A DNA stretch of 64,000 bases from an uncultured Armatimonadetes bacterium (lineage in GTDB: Bacteria; Armatimonadota; UBA5829; DTJY01). Made by a program: the position numbers and the translations under genes. This document shows positions 10,338 through 20,073 of the stretch, piece by piece. The notes beneath the pieces are model-generated. The model made no database searches. It saw only the letters and a list, made by a program, of their open reading frames with translations, and had not been told where the DNA came from. Position 1 is the stretch's first letter. Each line of letters starts with the position of its first letter. The stretch spans positions 736,001-800,000 of the forward strand of contig OY970325.1 in the NCBI GenBank assembly GCA_963717145.1. The letters run 5' to 3'.

Positions 10338-12500
10338 GTGACACGAATCCGATCAGCATTGGCGACCAAGACCTTATCGGCATTGACGGTGTACGTTCTT
10401 CTGAGCCTCCTGCACTCACCGGCGCTTGCCGACCACGTCGATGATCTCGTCGCAGGGCTCTTGACGAGCGATCCGAATCAGAGGATGGGGCTAATAATGG
10501 CACTCGAGAGGGCAAAGGACCCCAGGGCCCTACAGCCGCTGATCGAGCTGCTCGGCGATCGGCAGGTCGGTTATTTTGCTGCAAGGGCACTGGCGGCCAT
10601 CGGGAGCCCGGCCGTCGATCCACTGATCGGCCGCCTTTCATCGCCAAGTGTCCATATCAGGGTCAATGCCATCGTAGCACTCGGGATAATAGGCGATGAG
10701 CAGGCAACCGAACCGCTCCTCGGATTGCTGAAGGATAAGAACGACCAAGTACGCGCCGTGGCCACTCGCGCACTGGGGTTCTCCAAGTCAGAGCAGGTTA
10801 CTCAGACCCTCATTAGCCTTTTCAGAAGCAAAGCGGAAGATGAGCAGGTGAGACTGGCGGCGGCAGAGGCACTTGCATACAGCCAAGTTCCGAAAGCATT
10901 GGATGTGGTCCTGCCGGAATTACAGAAACCGGACAGCGTCTTCGCGGAATCGATCGCCGAGGTGCTCTCGGTGCGCTCAGTGGATGTGCATGTCATACGT
11001 GCACTGATCCTTGCGTCTATCGCCGAACATATCTCTGCCCGAACACTCGAGGACGGCTCGATGATAGCCGGTCCGGGAATCGTGGAGCCGTTAGTCTCTC
11101 TGCTTAAGGACGACAACCCTAAGGTACGCGAATACGCGGCTTCCGCCCTCAGGGCAAATCTGTCCCAGACCAAAGATACGAGGGCGCTCCAGCCGCTTAT
11201 CGCGACCCTGAACGATTCTGATCCACGAGTGCGCATGGCCTCAACTCTGGCGCTTGGCGTCTTGAAGGACAAGGCCGCCGTGCAACCACTTGTCGGCCTG
11301 TTGGCAGACGCCAGCAAAGAGGTTCGTAGGTTGGCCGTCAGCGCCCTGGCTGAGATCGAGGATCCGGCTGTCGTCTTGCCTATCTGCGCTTCTCTGAAAG
11401 ACCCGGATCCCTACGTCCGAAGGGAAGCGGCAGACGCCCTATCTATGCTGAAGGATCAGCGAAGTATCGGAGCGCTGTCTCAAGCGGCGAAGGACGCGAA
11501 CCCAGATGTGCGGCTCGGGGTGATAAGAGCGCTGGCCAATATGGAAACTCCGGAAACGGCGACTTCCCTTCTGAAAGCTCTCGGGGATAACAACTCAGGG
11601 ATAAGGGCCATGGCTGCACGAGGACTGGGTTACATAGAAGACAAGAAAGCAGTCACTCCTCTAGTCACACTTCTCGATCATCGGGACGCAGAGGTCAGGG
11701 AGAGCGCCGCAAGCGCACTGGGGATGATCGGGGATAGCCGGGCCGTGCAGCCGTTGATCGCGCACTTGAAAGGCCATGACAAGGCGACCAGGGCACAGGC
11801 GGCTGCGGCGCTCGGCATGCTCAAGGCACGTGAGGCGGTCGAGCCGCTCTTCGAGATGATGCGCCTGTACCTGGTGAACCGTTCCGATGCGATCCACGCT
11901 CTTGGCGAGATAGGAGACACAGCTGCTGTGGAACCGCTCATCTCCGTGTTGGGGAACAAGCAGTTGACTCCAGAAACTCGGCGCGATGCTGCGGTCGCAC
12001 TCGGCAAGCTCGGAGACAGACGGTCAACTCCGGCACTGCTCGCAGCCATGAAGGGGAGCGAAGGGCCGGTTCAGGCAGGTGTGGTTGATGCGCTGGCCTA
12101 TCTGAAAGATCCCCAGTCCTTCGATGCCCTCGTGGGTGCCCTGAAGGTCGAAGGCTGGGGCATTCGCTGGAATGCCGCCTACGTTCTGTCGCTCCTTGAT
12201 GATCCACGGCTGGACCACGTGTTGATGCCTTACCTGGAGAGCGGTGACGTGGAGGTCATCTCGGGAGCGGACCAGTTTTTCATCAAGCGGGGACTCGAGA
12301 AGGCCATCCCATTTCTGATCGAGGGACTGGAGTTGACCTCGGGCGGCACTGACATGGCCGAGGCTTTTCTCCAGAGCGGACACCCGAAACTAGTGGAGGC
12401 GGCAACGGCATGGAGAGCACGACGTGGTGGTCACGTGTCAGAAGAGCACGACTCCTATGCGAAATGGGGCGAGGCGCGAAAGAAAGAGTACAGCCCATGA
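10338..12500 (+). CDS. Secreted HEAT/PBS-lyase repeat protein
   Basis: Signal-like N-terminus; many repeats of type AVxPLIxxLxDxDxxVRxxAAxALG. Confidence 0.9.
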   Translation: MTRIRSALATKTLSALTVYVLLSLLHSPALADHVDDLVAGLLTSDPNQRMGLIMALERAKDPRALQPLIELLGDRQVGYFAARALAAIGSPAVDPLIGRLSSPSVHIRVNAIVALGIIGDEQATEPLLGLLKDKNDQVRAVATRALGFSKSEQVTQTLISLFRSKAEDEQVRLAAAEALAYSQVPKALDVVLPELQKPDSVFAESIAEVLSVRSVDVHVIRALILASIAEHISARTLEDGSMIAGPGIVEPLVSLLKDDNPKVREYAASALRANLSQTKDTRALQPLIATLNDSDPRVRMASTLALGVLKDKAAVQPLVGLLADASKEVRRLAVSALAEIEDPAVVLPICASLKDPDPYVRREAADALSMLKDQRSIGALSQAAKDANPDVRLGVIRALANMETPETATSLLKALGDNNSGIRAMAARGLGYIEDKKAVTPLVTLLDHRDAEVRESAASALGMIGDSRAVQPLIAHLKGHDKATRAQAAAALGMLKAREAVEPLFEMMRLYLVNRSDAIHALGEIGDTAAVEPLISVLGNKQLTPETRRDAAVALGKLGDRRSTPALLAAMKGSEGPVQAGVVDALAYLKDPQSFDALVGALKVEGWGIRWNAAYVLSLLDDPRLDHVLMPYLESGDVEVISGADQFFIKRGLEKAIPFLIEGLELTSGGTDMAEAFLQSGHPKLVEAATAWRARRGGHVSEEHDSYAKWGEARKKEYSP

Positions 12501-13750
12501 CCACTTACTCTGAACCAGCGCACGATATACCGATAGCACGTGACGTGGACGTCGTCATCGTCGGCGGGGGACCGGCGGGATTGGCGGCGGCGATTGCATC
12601 GGCTCGGAACGGCGCGAGGACCGTGCTGGTCGAGCGGTTCGGATACCTCGGTGGCACGGCGACGGCATCGCTGATGGCGTGCATCAACGGATTTCGCAAC
12701 CAGGTCGAGCCGGACGCCACCCAGACCGTTCGCGGAATCGCCGAGGAGATCGTCCTCGGACTGAAGGAGATCGATGGGCTCGGCAAGAGTCCCTATCCCC
12801 AGAAGGCTTATCCCACCGAGCCGGGTCAACTCGAATACAGCTATGCCATCGACACCGAGAAGTTCAAGTTTCTGTGCCTCAAGTTGTGCGGAGATGCACA
12901 GGTGGACATCATGTTCCACACGTGGTTCAGCGCGCCGATCGTCGAGGACGGCGCGGTCATCGGCGTCATCGTCGAGAACAAGTCCGGTCGGCAGGCGCTC
13001 ATGGCGCGGGTCGTCGTCGATGCGAGCGGCGACGGCGATGTAGCCGCTCGGGCCGGCGCTCCGTTCTGGCAGACCCGCAAGGACGAGGCGCCGCGCTTGA
13101 ATGACAGCCTGATGTACCGCATCGAGTTCGGCATCGACCGCCCGGATGGCACTTTCGCCTGCGACTTCGGCTCGAACGCGGTCGTCTGGGGGCCGGGTAT
13201 CGGGCCGATCGACGGCACGAACGCCGATGAGCTTTCTCAGGCAGAGGTGTCAGCGCGGCTGAGGGTCTACGAGGACTTCGCGGCAAAGCAGGCCCAGCAT
13301 CCCGAGCTTGCCGGTTCGAGGGTCGTTGAGACTCCGCCGCTGCTCGGCATCCGGCAGACGCGGTTCATCGAGGGCGAGTACAGGCTGACGGCGGACGATG
13401 CGATCAGCGGCCGGCGGTTCGACGACGTGGTGGCGATCAGCTCGTGCCCGATCATCCATTACTACGGCTATCGGCGCTACCTCGAGCACGAGGGCTACGA
13501 CATCCCGTATCGATGCCTCGTGCCGTTGAAGATCGACGGCCTGCTCGTGGCCGGGCGATGCATCTCCAGCGAGCAGGAGCCCTATGAGTCCCACCGCGCG
13601 ATGGTCCCGATCATGGCGATCGGTGAGGCGGCGGGAACTGCGGCGGCTCTTTCGGCGCGATCGGGCGTCAAGCCACGGGATCTGGGCGTACAGACGCTCC
13701 AGGACATGCTGATCGCCCAAGGCGTCGAGCTGCGTCGGCTGTCATTCTGA
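12497..13750 (+). CDS. FAD-dependent oxidoreductase (FAD_oxidored family)
   Basis: DVVIVGGGPAG, VERFGYLGG, DASGDGD, IPYRCLVP...LLVAGRCIS; ATGA overlap with the HEAT gene. Confidence 0.88.
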   Translation: MTTYSEPAHDIPIARDVDVVIVGGGPAGLAAAIASARNGARTVLVERFGYLGGTATASLMACINGFRNQVEPDATQTVRGIAEEIVLGLKEIDGLGKSPYPQKAYPTEPGQLEYSYAIDTEKFKFLCLKLCGDAQVDIMFHTWFSAPIVEDGAVIGVIVENKSGRQALMARVVVDASGDGDVAARAGAPFWQTRKDEAPRLNDSLMYRIEFGIDRPDGTFACDFGSNAVVWGPGIGPIDGTNADELSQAEVSARLRVYEDFAAKQAQHPELAGSRVVETPPLLGIRQTRFIEGEYRLTADDAISGRRFDDVVAISSCPIIHYYGYRRYLEHEGYDIPYRCLVPLKIDGLLVAGRCISSEQEPYESHRAMVPIMAIGEAAGTAAALSARSGVKPRDLGVQTLQDMLIAQGVELRRLSF

Positions 13751-13811
13751 GAGGAGCGAAGAATCTGGCGACGATGGAGGACCAGATTCTTCACTCCGCT
13801 CAGAATGACAG
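13739..13811. repeat. Palindromic element family C (GTCATTCTGA...GAAGAATCT) copy 1; supplies the oxidoreductase stop codon
   Basis: ctgtcattctgag..gaagaatctgg-N13-ccagattcttc..ctcagaatgacag; second copy at 23361. Confidence 0.85.
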
Positions 13812-13842
13812 TGTTATCTGTGACAGAGAGCCTGCCGTTAGA

Positions 13843-13871
13843 TTGACACTTGGCCTCTGATCTGGTAGGAT
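13843..13871 (+). promoter_or_regulatory. sigma70-type promoter
   Basis: TTGACA-17 nt-TAGGAT with TG before -10. Confidence 0.55.
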
Positions 13872-14154
13872 TGCGATAGGAAACAAGCTCTGAAGACGTG
13901 TGTGGGGTATGCATTAAGTTGCGATAGCAGCCGGTGCCGCTCCGGCTGCTATCGCGCCTATGGAGAGAGGTGACCGCATAGCATCCGTTCTGGCTTTCGC
14001 CAAAACGAGCAGGGCACCGGATGCCGTTGGTACGTCGTCCGAAGCACTTTTGCTATAATCGGTACTCCTGATTGTTACCCAGCTTTGCGGAAAGTAAAAC
14101 GTCAACCGTGCGAAGAAATTCATCGACCGCATGATCGAAGGAGGCTCGAAGGAA

Positions 14155-14412
14155 ATGCAGGTTGACCTGGCGACAATCGAAGACCAGATGACGCTCGGGA
14201 AGAGCTTCAAGATCAAGTACAGATATCCTCAGGAGACCCGCACGAACAGGGACCTCTACGGGATCCGCAGCGACAGGTTGATGGACGTTTCGAAGGAGTT
14301 GGGCCGCTTCTACACACTCTTCCGCGGGGAGACTCCGATCTGGATCGAGGAAGACGAGCTTATCGAGATCGGCCCGGACGACGGCATCTATGAGGAGTTC
14401 GACGAGGAGTAG
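14155..14412 (+). CDS. Small acidic hypothetical protein
   Basis: AAGGAGG/AAGGA upstream; 85-aa ORF with host-like codons. Confidence 0.65.
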   Translation: MQVDLATIEDQMTLGKSFKIKYRYPQETRTNRDLYGIRSDRLMDVSKELGRFYTLFRGETPIWIEEDELIEIGPDDGIYEEFDEE

Positions 14413-14415
14413 CCC

Positions 14416-15171
14416 TCATCCCGCCGCTGCCACGAATGCGCTGAACAGAGCCTTGCACGGCTCGTAGACGTACCGATCCGCCTGCCTCTCAGGATGCCAC
14501 TGTACTGCGATCGCCCACGGGTGATCCGTCGCCTCGATCGCCTCCACGATTCCATCCGGCGCGAATGCCGATGCCTTCAGCTTGGGTGACAGCTCCTTGA
14601 GCGTGATCCCTTGATGATGCCTGCTGTTGACGACGCACGGCCAGGTCCACATGATGTGGTAGAATCGGCTGTTCAGATCGACGCAGACCGCGTGCATTGC
14701 GCTCTCACCCGGCTCATGTTCGGGCGCATCTTCGTCTTTGTACGCCGGATGACGCAGTCCGGTGCGGATGTCCTTGATGAGAGTGCCTCCGAGCGCCACG
14801 TTGAAGACCTGTAAACCCTTGCATATCCCGAACATCGGCAGCTTTCGCTCGTAGGCCAACTGCGCGAGTGGTATCTCGAAGGCATCGCGCTCAGGTGTGC
14901 AGGTCATCCGGTACTCGGCGAGTAGGTCGTGGGTTGATAGACATTCGTCGCCGGGATTGGTGCGCGAGGGGTAGAAGTCGGGGTGGATGTCCCATCCGCC
15001 GGTGAACAGGATCCCGTCGAAACGCTCGATGACCTCAGCCAGCTCCCCCGGGGAGGTCTGCGTCATGTCGAGAAACTCCGGCCTCCCGCCCGCGAGTTCG
15101 ATCGCTGCTGGGTACTTGCCGTACTCCTCGATCGTCCGCCCCGCCGTGATTCCGATAAGTGGCTTGCGCAT
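14416..15171 (-). CDS. Class I glutamine amidotransferase, peptidase C26 (PuuD-like)
   Basis: MRKPLIGIT, DGILFTGGWDI, GICKGLQVFNVALGG, VNSRHHQ, AVQWHPE. Confidence 0.9.
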   Translation of the reverse strand: MRKPLIGITAGRTIEEYGKYPAAIELAGGRPEFLDMTQTSPGELAEVIERFDGILFTGGWDIHPDFYPSRTNPGDECLSTHDLLAEYRMTCTPERDAFEIPLAQLAYERKLPMFGICKGLQVFNVALGGTLIKDIRTGLRHPAYKDEDAPEHEPGESAMHAVCVDLNSRFYHIMWTWPCVVNSRHHQGITLKELSPKLKASAFAPDGIVEAIEATDHPWAIAVQWHPERQADRYVYEPCKALFSAFVAAAG

Positions 15172-15273
15172 CTGTCCATCTCCGACGAACAGGATACCAG
15201 AGAGAATCCGTTTCCGCAACCCCCACGCTGTCGCACATGTATGGCAAACGAAGACGTGAGGCAATTCGCCGGG

Positions 15274-16632
15274 CGTGTTGCCTCATTTAACTTTGTTACC
15301 GAAACGCCATTCGTTGCGTCATTGATAATGTTACCAAGTAGTGTGTTCAAGTATGTCAGATCGGCTCTTGATCGCCGCTCAGGGCCGCGCCTTGCTCGCT
15401 TTCGATCTGTCTTTGTTCGGCATCCTGTCAAGCTTTGATGATAGCCTGTGGATGCGTCTTAGTAGCTCCACCGGGTTCGTCGCTCTACGTTCTTTATCGA
15501 GGCGATCCTTTGCTTCATCGTCAAGCCATCCTTCAACACTTATCAGCTTGCGGTACGGCGTCATCGCAGGCTCATAGCGTTTGATCACTTTACTCCCAAT
15601 CCGCTCCTTTTCTTTAAGACGCATCATGGGCTGACAGAAGTTGTGATACGCCACGATCAGCGGATATATCGCCTTTAGTACCGCAAGCTGCTCGTCCGTC
15701 TCGAATCGCCGGTAACCTATAAACTGCCGGACTACGCTCCAGTTCTTCTGCTCTACATGACATTGATCGTTCTTCTTGTAAGGCCGACTGCGCGTAAACG
15801 TGATCCTGTGCGCTCGACAGTACTTGTTCATGTGATGGTTGATGAACTCGCCGCCGTTGTCGGTATCTATGCCTCTGACTGCAAACGGTGCGCTCTTGGA
15901 CGCGGACTGCACCGCAAGCACGGTTCCGTGCTCCCCTCGGCCTTTCATTCCATCAAGCGCTACCCATCCGGTCGCTACATCAGTCATAGTCAAAGTATAC
16001 AGGAACTCTCCGCTCCCGTCACCTCCGCAATGACCCACCAAGTCCATCTCGAAGAACCCAGGCTCAGCTTCATCCCAGTCGGCAAACGTCCTCACCGGGA
16101 TCTGAGACCGAAGCAGTGTCCCCGGCTTTGTTAAGGTCCTCCCTGTTAGCGATAGGGCAGACCGCTCCTTCTTCATCAACCTGTCGATGCTCGACGCGCT
16201 GATCGAGTTAAGCAGCCTCTCTTCTTCTGGTGTAACCGTTATCTCCCCGAATGACTCCAGTATGGGTAGAAACTCAGTCAGAAACGGCTGCAGACGCTTA
16301 CCGCACGCGTAGAAACTCGCAGCCCAGAGTGTCTTCAGCTTGTGGGCTATCGGCTCGTATTTCGACTTCCTTGCGCGTCTCACTGGACTCCTCGCTGGTG
16401 GAACTCCTTTCGCGAACAGCCTCACCAGCGACTTCCTGTGGTAACCGGTCAATCCCTGGACTTCACTCAATACCAGCTTCTTCTCCGATTTGGTGGCTTT
16501 GCCATATTCTTTGCGTTTGCGCCTCACGACTTCTCTTACGGATGCAGTTGTCATCTTCTCCATGCCTCAGTTTCGGTAACATTCTTATCTGAGGCAACGT
16601 TTCCGTTTCGGTAACATCGTTCGTGAAGCAAT
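15274..16632 (-). mobile_element. Insertion sequence with rve/DDE transposase; two motif copies at each end and a flanking direct repeat
   Basis: GGTAACA-N7..9-TGA(G/C/A)GCAA twice at each end in inverted orientation (15277-15335; 16575-16631); tcgccggg at 15266-15273 and 16633-16640; lower GC; exact ends uncertain. Confidence 0.82.
15379..16563 (-). CDS. rve-domain DDE transposase/integrase (resembles the M. tuberculosis Rv2807-type group)
   Basis: FEMDLVGHCG, IDTDNGGEFIN, RSRPYKKNDQCHVEQKN. Confidence 0.9.
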   Translation of the reverse strand: MEKMTTASVREVVRRKRKEYGKATKSEKKLVLSEVQGLTGYHRKSLVRLFAKGVPPARSPVRRARKSKYEPIAHKLKTLWAASFYACGKRLQPFLTEFLPILESFGEITVTPEEERLLNSISASSIDRLMKKERSALSLTGRTLTKPGTLLRSQIPVRTFADWDEAEPGFFEMDLVGHCGGDGSGEFLYTLTMTDVATGWVALDGMKGRGEHGTVLAVQSASKSAPFAVRGIDTDNGGEFINHHMNKYCRAHRITFTRSRPYKKNDQCHVEQKNWSVVRQFIGYRRFETDEQLAVLKAIYPLIVAYHNFCQPMMRLKEKERIGSKVIKRYEPAMTPYRKLISVEGWLDDEAKDRLDKERRATNPVELLRRIHRLSSKLDRMPNKDRSKASKARP

Positions 16633-16640
16633 TCGCCGGG

Positions 16641-16669
16641 TTGTCAGGGGAGGGTGCTTGTGGTATAAT
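16641..16669 (+). promoter_or_regulatory. sigma70-type promoter of the rpmE-prmC operon
   Basis: TTGTCA-17 nt-TATAAT with TG extension. Confidence 0.7.
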
Positions 16670-16685
16670 GTGCTGGTTCCATTAA

Positions 16686-16759
16686 CCCCCTCGGCCCAGA
16701 GGCCGGTCCCTCTTCGTAAGGGGGACATCACTCGGGCCGGTCCCCTTCGTTGGGGGACA
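16686..16759. repeat. Tandem short hairpin repeat in the rpmE leader
   Basis: ggccggtccctcttcgtaagggggacatca and ggccggtccccttcgttgggggacatca. Confidence 0.6.
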
Positions 16760-16799
16760 TCAGCCGCGGGGGATGATTCTCAACGAAGGAGAGATTCAG

Positions 16800-17039
16800 T
16801 TGAAAAAAGGCATTCATCCTACATACGGGCCGGCAACGGTGCACTGTGCATGCGGGAACTCGTTCGAGACTCAGTCGACGTCACCCGAGATCCGAGTGGA
16901 AATCTGCTCGGGGTGCCATCCGTTCTTCACCGGTCGCCAGAAGATCATCGACACCGAGGGACGTGTCGAGAAGTTCATGCAGAAGTATAAGATGACCCAG
17001 ACGGGGACAAAGGCAGAGACTCCGAAGTCGGAGAAGTAG
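16800..17039 (+). CDS. rpmE: 50S ribosomal protein L31 (Zn-binding type)
   Basis: TTG start after [31 protein letters not shown]. Confidence 0.96.
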   Translation: MKKGIHPTYGPATVHCACGNSFETQSTSPEIRVEICSGCHPFFTGRQKIIDTEGRVEKFMQKYKMTQTGTKAETPKSEK

Positions 17040-17040
17040 C

Positions 17041-17715
17041 TTGCGAGTGGTGCTGCTCAGTCACACGCAGGACCCGGAACGAACGGTTGCTGCGGCGATT
17101 AGGCTCTGCTACTCCTCAGTGGGCATCGATAGCATTCGGGAACGTGTAGACGATGCGGAAGCGGCGCGGCTGATCGAAAAGGTGCTCGGACTCGGGCACT
17201 TCTCCGTGCTCGAGCATGCATCGTTTACTTTTGGTATCGAGGGAGTCTCCAGGGCCTGCTCCCATCAGTTGGTGCGTCACCGTCTGGCATCGTATTCTCA
17301 GCAGAGCCAGCGATACGTGAAGATGCAGGACCTGGAGTTCTTCATTCCGCCTGCGATCGCTGCGAATGAACATGCTGCCGAGCGATACTCTGCCACAATG
17401 GGTCAGTTGCAGCAGTGCTATGACGACTTGCTGGCTGACGGCTTCGAGGCGGAGGACGCGCGATACGTCCTGCCGAACGCAGCATACACCAGCGTCATAA
17501 TGACCGCCAACGCGCGCAGCCTGCTGAACTTCTTCGAGCTGCGACTCTGCACGCGGGCACAGTACGAGATCCGGCAGTTGGCGGAACTGATGCTGGCGGA
17601 GGTGCGGAAGGCGGCCCCCATTCTCTTCGCGAAGGCGGGCCCGACGTGCGACACGAAGGACTTCTGCGGCGAGGGCGAGATGACCTGCGGGCGGGTTGCG
17701 AACAGGAATCATTGA
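17041..17715 (+). CDS. thyX: FAD-dependent thymidylate synthase
   Basis: GHFSVLEH, QLVRHRLASYSQQSQRYV, ARYVLP, AQYEIR. Confidence 0.96.
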   Translation: MRVVLLSHTQDPERTVAAAIRLCYSSVGIDSIRERVDDAEAARLIEKVLGLGHFSVLEHASFTFGIEGVSRACSHQLVRHRLASYSQQSQRYVKMQDLEFFIPPAIAANEHAAERYSATMGQLQQCYDDLLADGFEAEDARYVLPNAAYTSVIMTANARSLLNFFELRLCTRAQYEIRQLAELMLAEVRKAAPILFAKAGPTCDTKDFCGEGEMTCGRVANRNH

Positions 17716-17717
17716 CA

Positions 17718-17786
17718 GTAGGGGTGAAGCATTGGCTTCCGCTAACCGACATGCTGCATATTCGGTAGCCAATGCTTCGCCCCTAC
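17718..17786. repeat. GTAGGGG-headed palindrome, family B
   Basis: gtaggggtgaagcattggct...agccaatgcttcgcccctac. Confidence 0.8.
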
Positions 17787-17808
17787 AAGATTGGAATCGG
17801 AGGCAATA

Positions 17809-18789
17809 GTGGCGGATACTCCACAATACGGCGGACAGGCGGTTATCGAGGGGGTCATGATGCGCGGCCCGAAGTACTATGCCGTCGCATGCCGCCGCGC
17901 GAACAACGAGATCGTCATCGAACAGGAATCGGTCGAGACGATCCTCCGCAAGTTCCAGTGGCTGAATAAGCCGTTCCTCCGAGGCACGCTGGCGCTCATA
18001 GACGCCATGGCTCTCGGCATGAAGGCGCTCATGTTCTCCGCGAACCTTGCGATGGAGGACGTCGAGAAGGCCGAAGCCGAGAAGCCGAAGAAGGAGAAGC
18101 CCGGCAGGAAAGCCAAGCCCAAAGCGAAGCCGGAGGGCCCTCAGAAGATCAACGACATCGCCGTCTGGGGCACGATGATCCTGGCGCTCGGACTGGCGAT
18201 CGGGATATTCTTCGTGCTGCCTCAACTTCTCGCGGGTCTGCTCCAGAAGAAGATTCAGAGCCATCTGCTTCTCAATGTGATCGACGGCGTCATCAGATTT
18301 GCGTTCTTCATCGCGTATATCGTCGGGATCTCATACATGAAGGACATCAAGCGGGTGTTCCAGTATCATGGCGCGGAGCACCGGGTGATAAACACCTTCG
18401 AGGCAGGGCTCGATCTCACTCCGGAGAACATCCGGGAGTTCGGCACTGTCCACCAGCGCTGTGGGACGAGCTTCCTGCTGATAGTCATGGTGATCGCGAT
18501 CGTGGTCCACATGTTCCTGGGATGGAATCCCGCGTGGTATCTGCGAGTCCCTCTCCGGTTGGCGTTCCTGCCGGTGATTGCGGGTCTGGCGTACGAGACG
18601 ATCCGATTCGCGGGCAAGCACAGGGGATCGAGGGTGATGAACACTCTTCTGTCGCCGGGCCTGCTCCTTCAGCGGGTGACCACTCAGCCGCCGTCGGAGG
18701 ATCAGGTGGAGGTCGCGGTTGCGGCACTCCAGGCGGTTTTGGCGAAAGAGAACGAGTTGCCGGCGGTCCCAGCGCCCGAACTGACGTAA
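17809..18789 (+). CDS. DUF1385 membrane protein (YqhQ-like)
   Basis: YGGQAVIEGVMMRG, FQYHGAEH, HQRCGTSF; usual neighbour of prfA/prmC. Confidence 0.92.
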   Translation: MADTPQYGGQAVIEGVMMRGPKYYAVACRRANNEIVIEQESVETILRKFQWLNKPFLRGTLALIDAMALGMKALMFSANLAMEDVEKAEAEKPKKEKPGRKAKPKAKPEGPQKINDIAVWGTMILALGLAIGIFFVLPQLLAGLLQKKIQSHLLLNVIDGVIRFAFFIAYIVGISYMKDIKRVFQYHGAEHRVINTFEAGLDLTPENIREFGTVHQRCGTSFLLIVMVIAIVVHMFLGWNPAWYLRVPLRLAFLPVIAGLAYETIRFAGKHRGSRVMNTLLSPGLLLQRVTTQPPSEDQVEVAVAALQAVLAKENELPAVPAPELT

Positions 18790-18796
18790 GAACATT

Positions 18797-18861
18797 GTAG
18801 TGGCCGTGCCTCTGTGCCGGCCACGTAACGTTGCAGGCCGGCACAGAGGCACGGCCACTAC
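18797..18861. repeat. 65-bp REP doublet, family A copy 2
   Basis: 26-bp perfect arms, 13-nt spacer. Confidence 0.92.
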
Positions 18862-18882
18862 ACGATGAAGGTTCTTCCCACT

Positions 18883-19953
18883 ATGTTCGAACGACTGAAC
18901 GAAGTCGAGGATAGATTCGACGATCTTACCAGACGGATGAGCGACCCCGAGGTCTTCAACGACCAGAAGGCCTATCAACAGGTCGCCAAGGAGCACTCGA
19001 GCCTGACCGAACTCGTCACCAAGTACAAGGAGTTCAAGAGCATCCAGCAGCAGAAGCGCGAGACCGAGGAACTCCTCCACGAGCAACTCGACGACGACAT
19101 GCGCAACTTCGCTCAGACCGAACTCGACGAACTCAAAGAGAAGGAACACCGACGCGAAGAGGAACTGCAGGTCCTTCTGCTGCCCACTGACCCGAACGAC
19201 GACAAGAGCGTCATGATCGAGGTCCGCGCGGGCACGGGGGGCGAGGAAGCAGCTCTCTTCGCGAACGAACTCCTGCGGATGTACATGCGATACGCCGAGC
19301 GCCGTCGTTGGAAGACGGAGCTGATGAGCATCAACGAGACCGGCATCGGCGGCATCAAGGAGGCGGTTCTCGCGATCGACGGGCGAGGCGCGTACAGCGT
19401 GCTGAAGTACGAGAGCGGTGTCCATCGCGTCCAGCGCGTGCCCGAGACCGAGAGCGGTGGGCGAATCCATACCTCGGCGGCGACTGTAGCGGTCATGCCC
19501 GAGGCCGAGGAAGTCGAGGTCGAAATAGATCCGGAAGACCTCGACATCGACACCTTCCGCTCATCGAGCGCGGGCGGACAGAACGTCCAAAAGAATGAGA
19601 CCGCCGTCAGACTCACTCACAGACCGACCGGCCTCATCACGAGCTGCCAGGACGAGCGCTCGCAGCTCCAGAACAAGGAGAAGGCGATGCGCATGCTCCG
19701 TGCGATGCTCCTCGAGCGAATGATCCGCATGCAGCAGGACGAGATCAGCGCATCCCGGAAGAGCATGGTCGGGAGCGGCGACCGGAGCGAGAAGATCCGC
19801 ACGTACAATTTCCCCCAGGGCAGAATAACCGATCATCGCATCGGGTTCAGCACGCACAATATCTCGATGTTCATGGAAGGCGACATCCAGGAGATGATCG
19901 ACCGCCTGATCGCCGCCGACCAGGCCGAGCGCCTCAAGGGCGACGAAGACTGA
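18883..19953 (+). CDS. prfA: Peptide chain release factor 1
   Basis: GTGGEEA, VHRVQRVPETE (PxT), GGQ, RSEKIRTYNFPQGRITDHRI. Confidence 0.96.
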   Translation: MFERLNEVEDRFDDLTRRMSDPEVFNDQKAYQQVAKEHSSLTELVTKYKEFKSIQQQKRETEELLHEQLDDDMRNFAQTELDELKEKEHRREEELQVLLLPTDPNDDKSVMIEVRAGTGGEEAALFANELLRMYMRYAERRRWKTELMSINETGIGGIKEAVLAIDGRGAYSVLKYESGVHRVQRVPETESGGRIHTSAATVAVMPEAEEVEVEIDPEDLDIDTFRSSSAGGQNVQKNETAVRLTHRPTGLITSCQDERSQLQNKEKAMRMLRAMLLERMIRMQQDEISASRKSMVGSGDRSEKIRTYNFPQGRITDHRIGFSTHNISMFMEGDIQEMIDRLIAADQAERLKGDED

Positions 19954-19984
19954 GTTTGGAGTGAGGAGTCGGGGAGCGAAGACC

Positions 19985-20062
19985 CGTCGTTGGGGATGGA
20001 GTTGGACTCCATCCCCGATGACCAGGCCAGGGGGATGGAGTCCAACTCCATCCCCAACGACG
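19985..20062. repeat. Doublet palindrome family D copy 1
   Basis: gttggggatggagttggactccatcccc-N14-ggggatggagtccaactccatccccaac. Confidence 0.9.
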
Positions 20063-20073
20063 AGGAGTGTAGA

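Noticed and set aside
19990..20073. N-terminal extensions on PrmC (MGMELDSIP...), and likewise on TsaB, PrfA, Gfo2 and TIM genes in the ORF track
   Set aside because: They are read-through of upstream repeats or intergenic DNA; homology-consistent starts, mostly with an RBS, lie downstream
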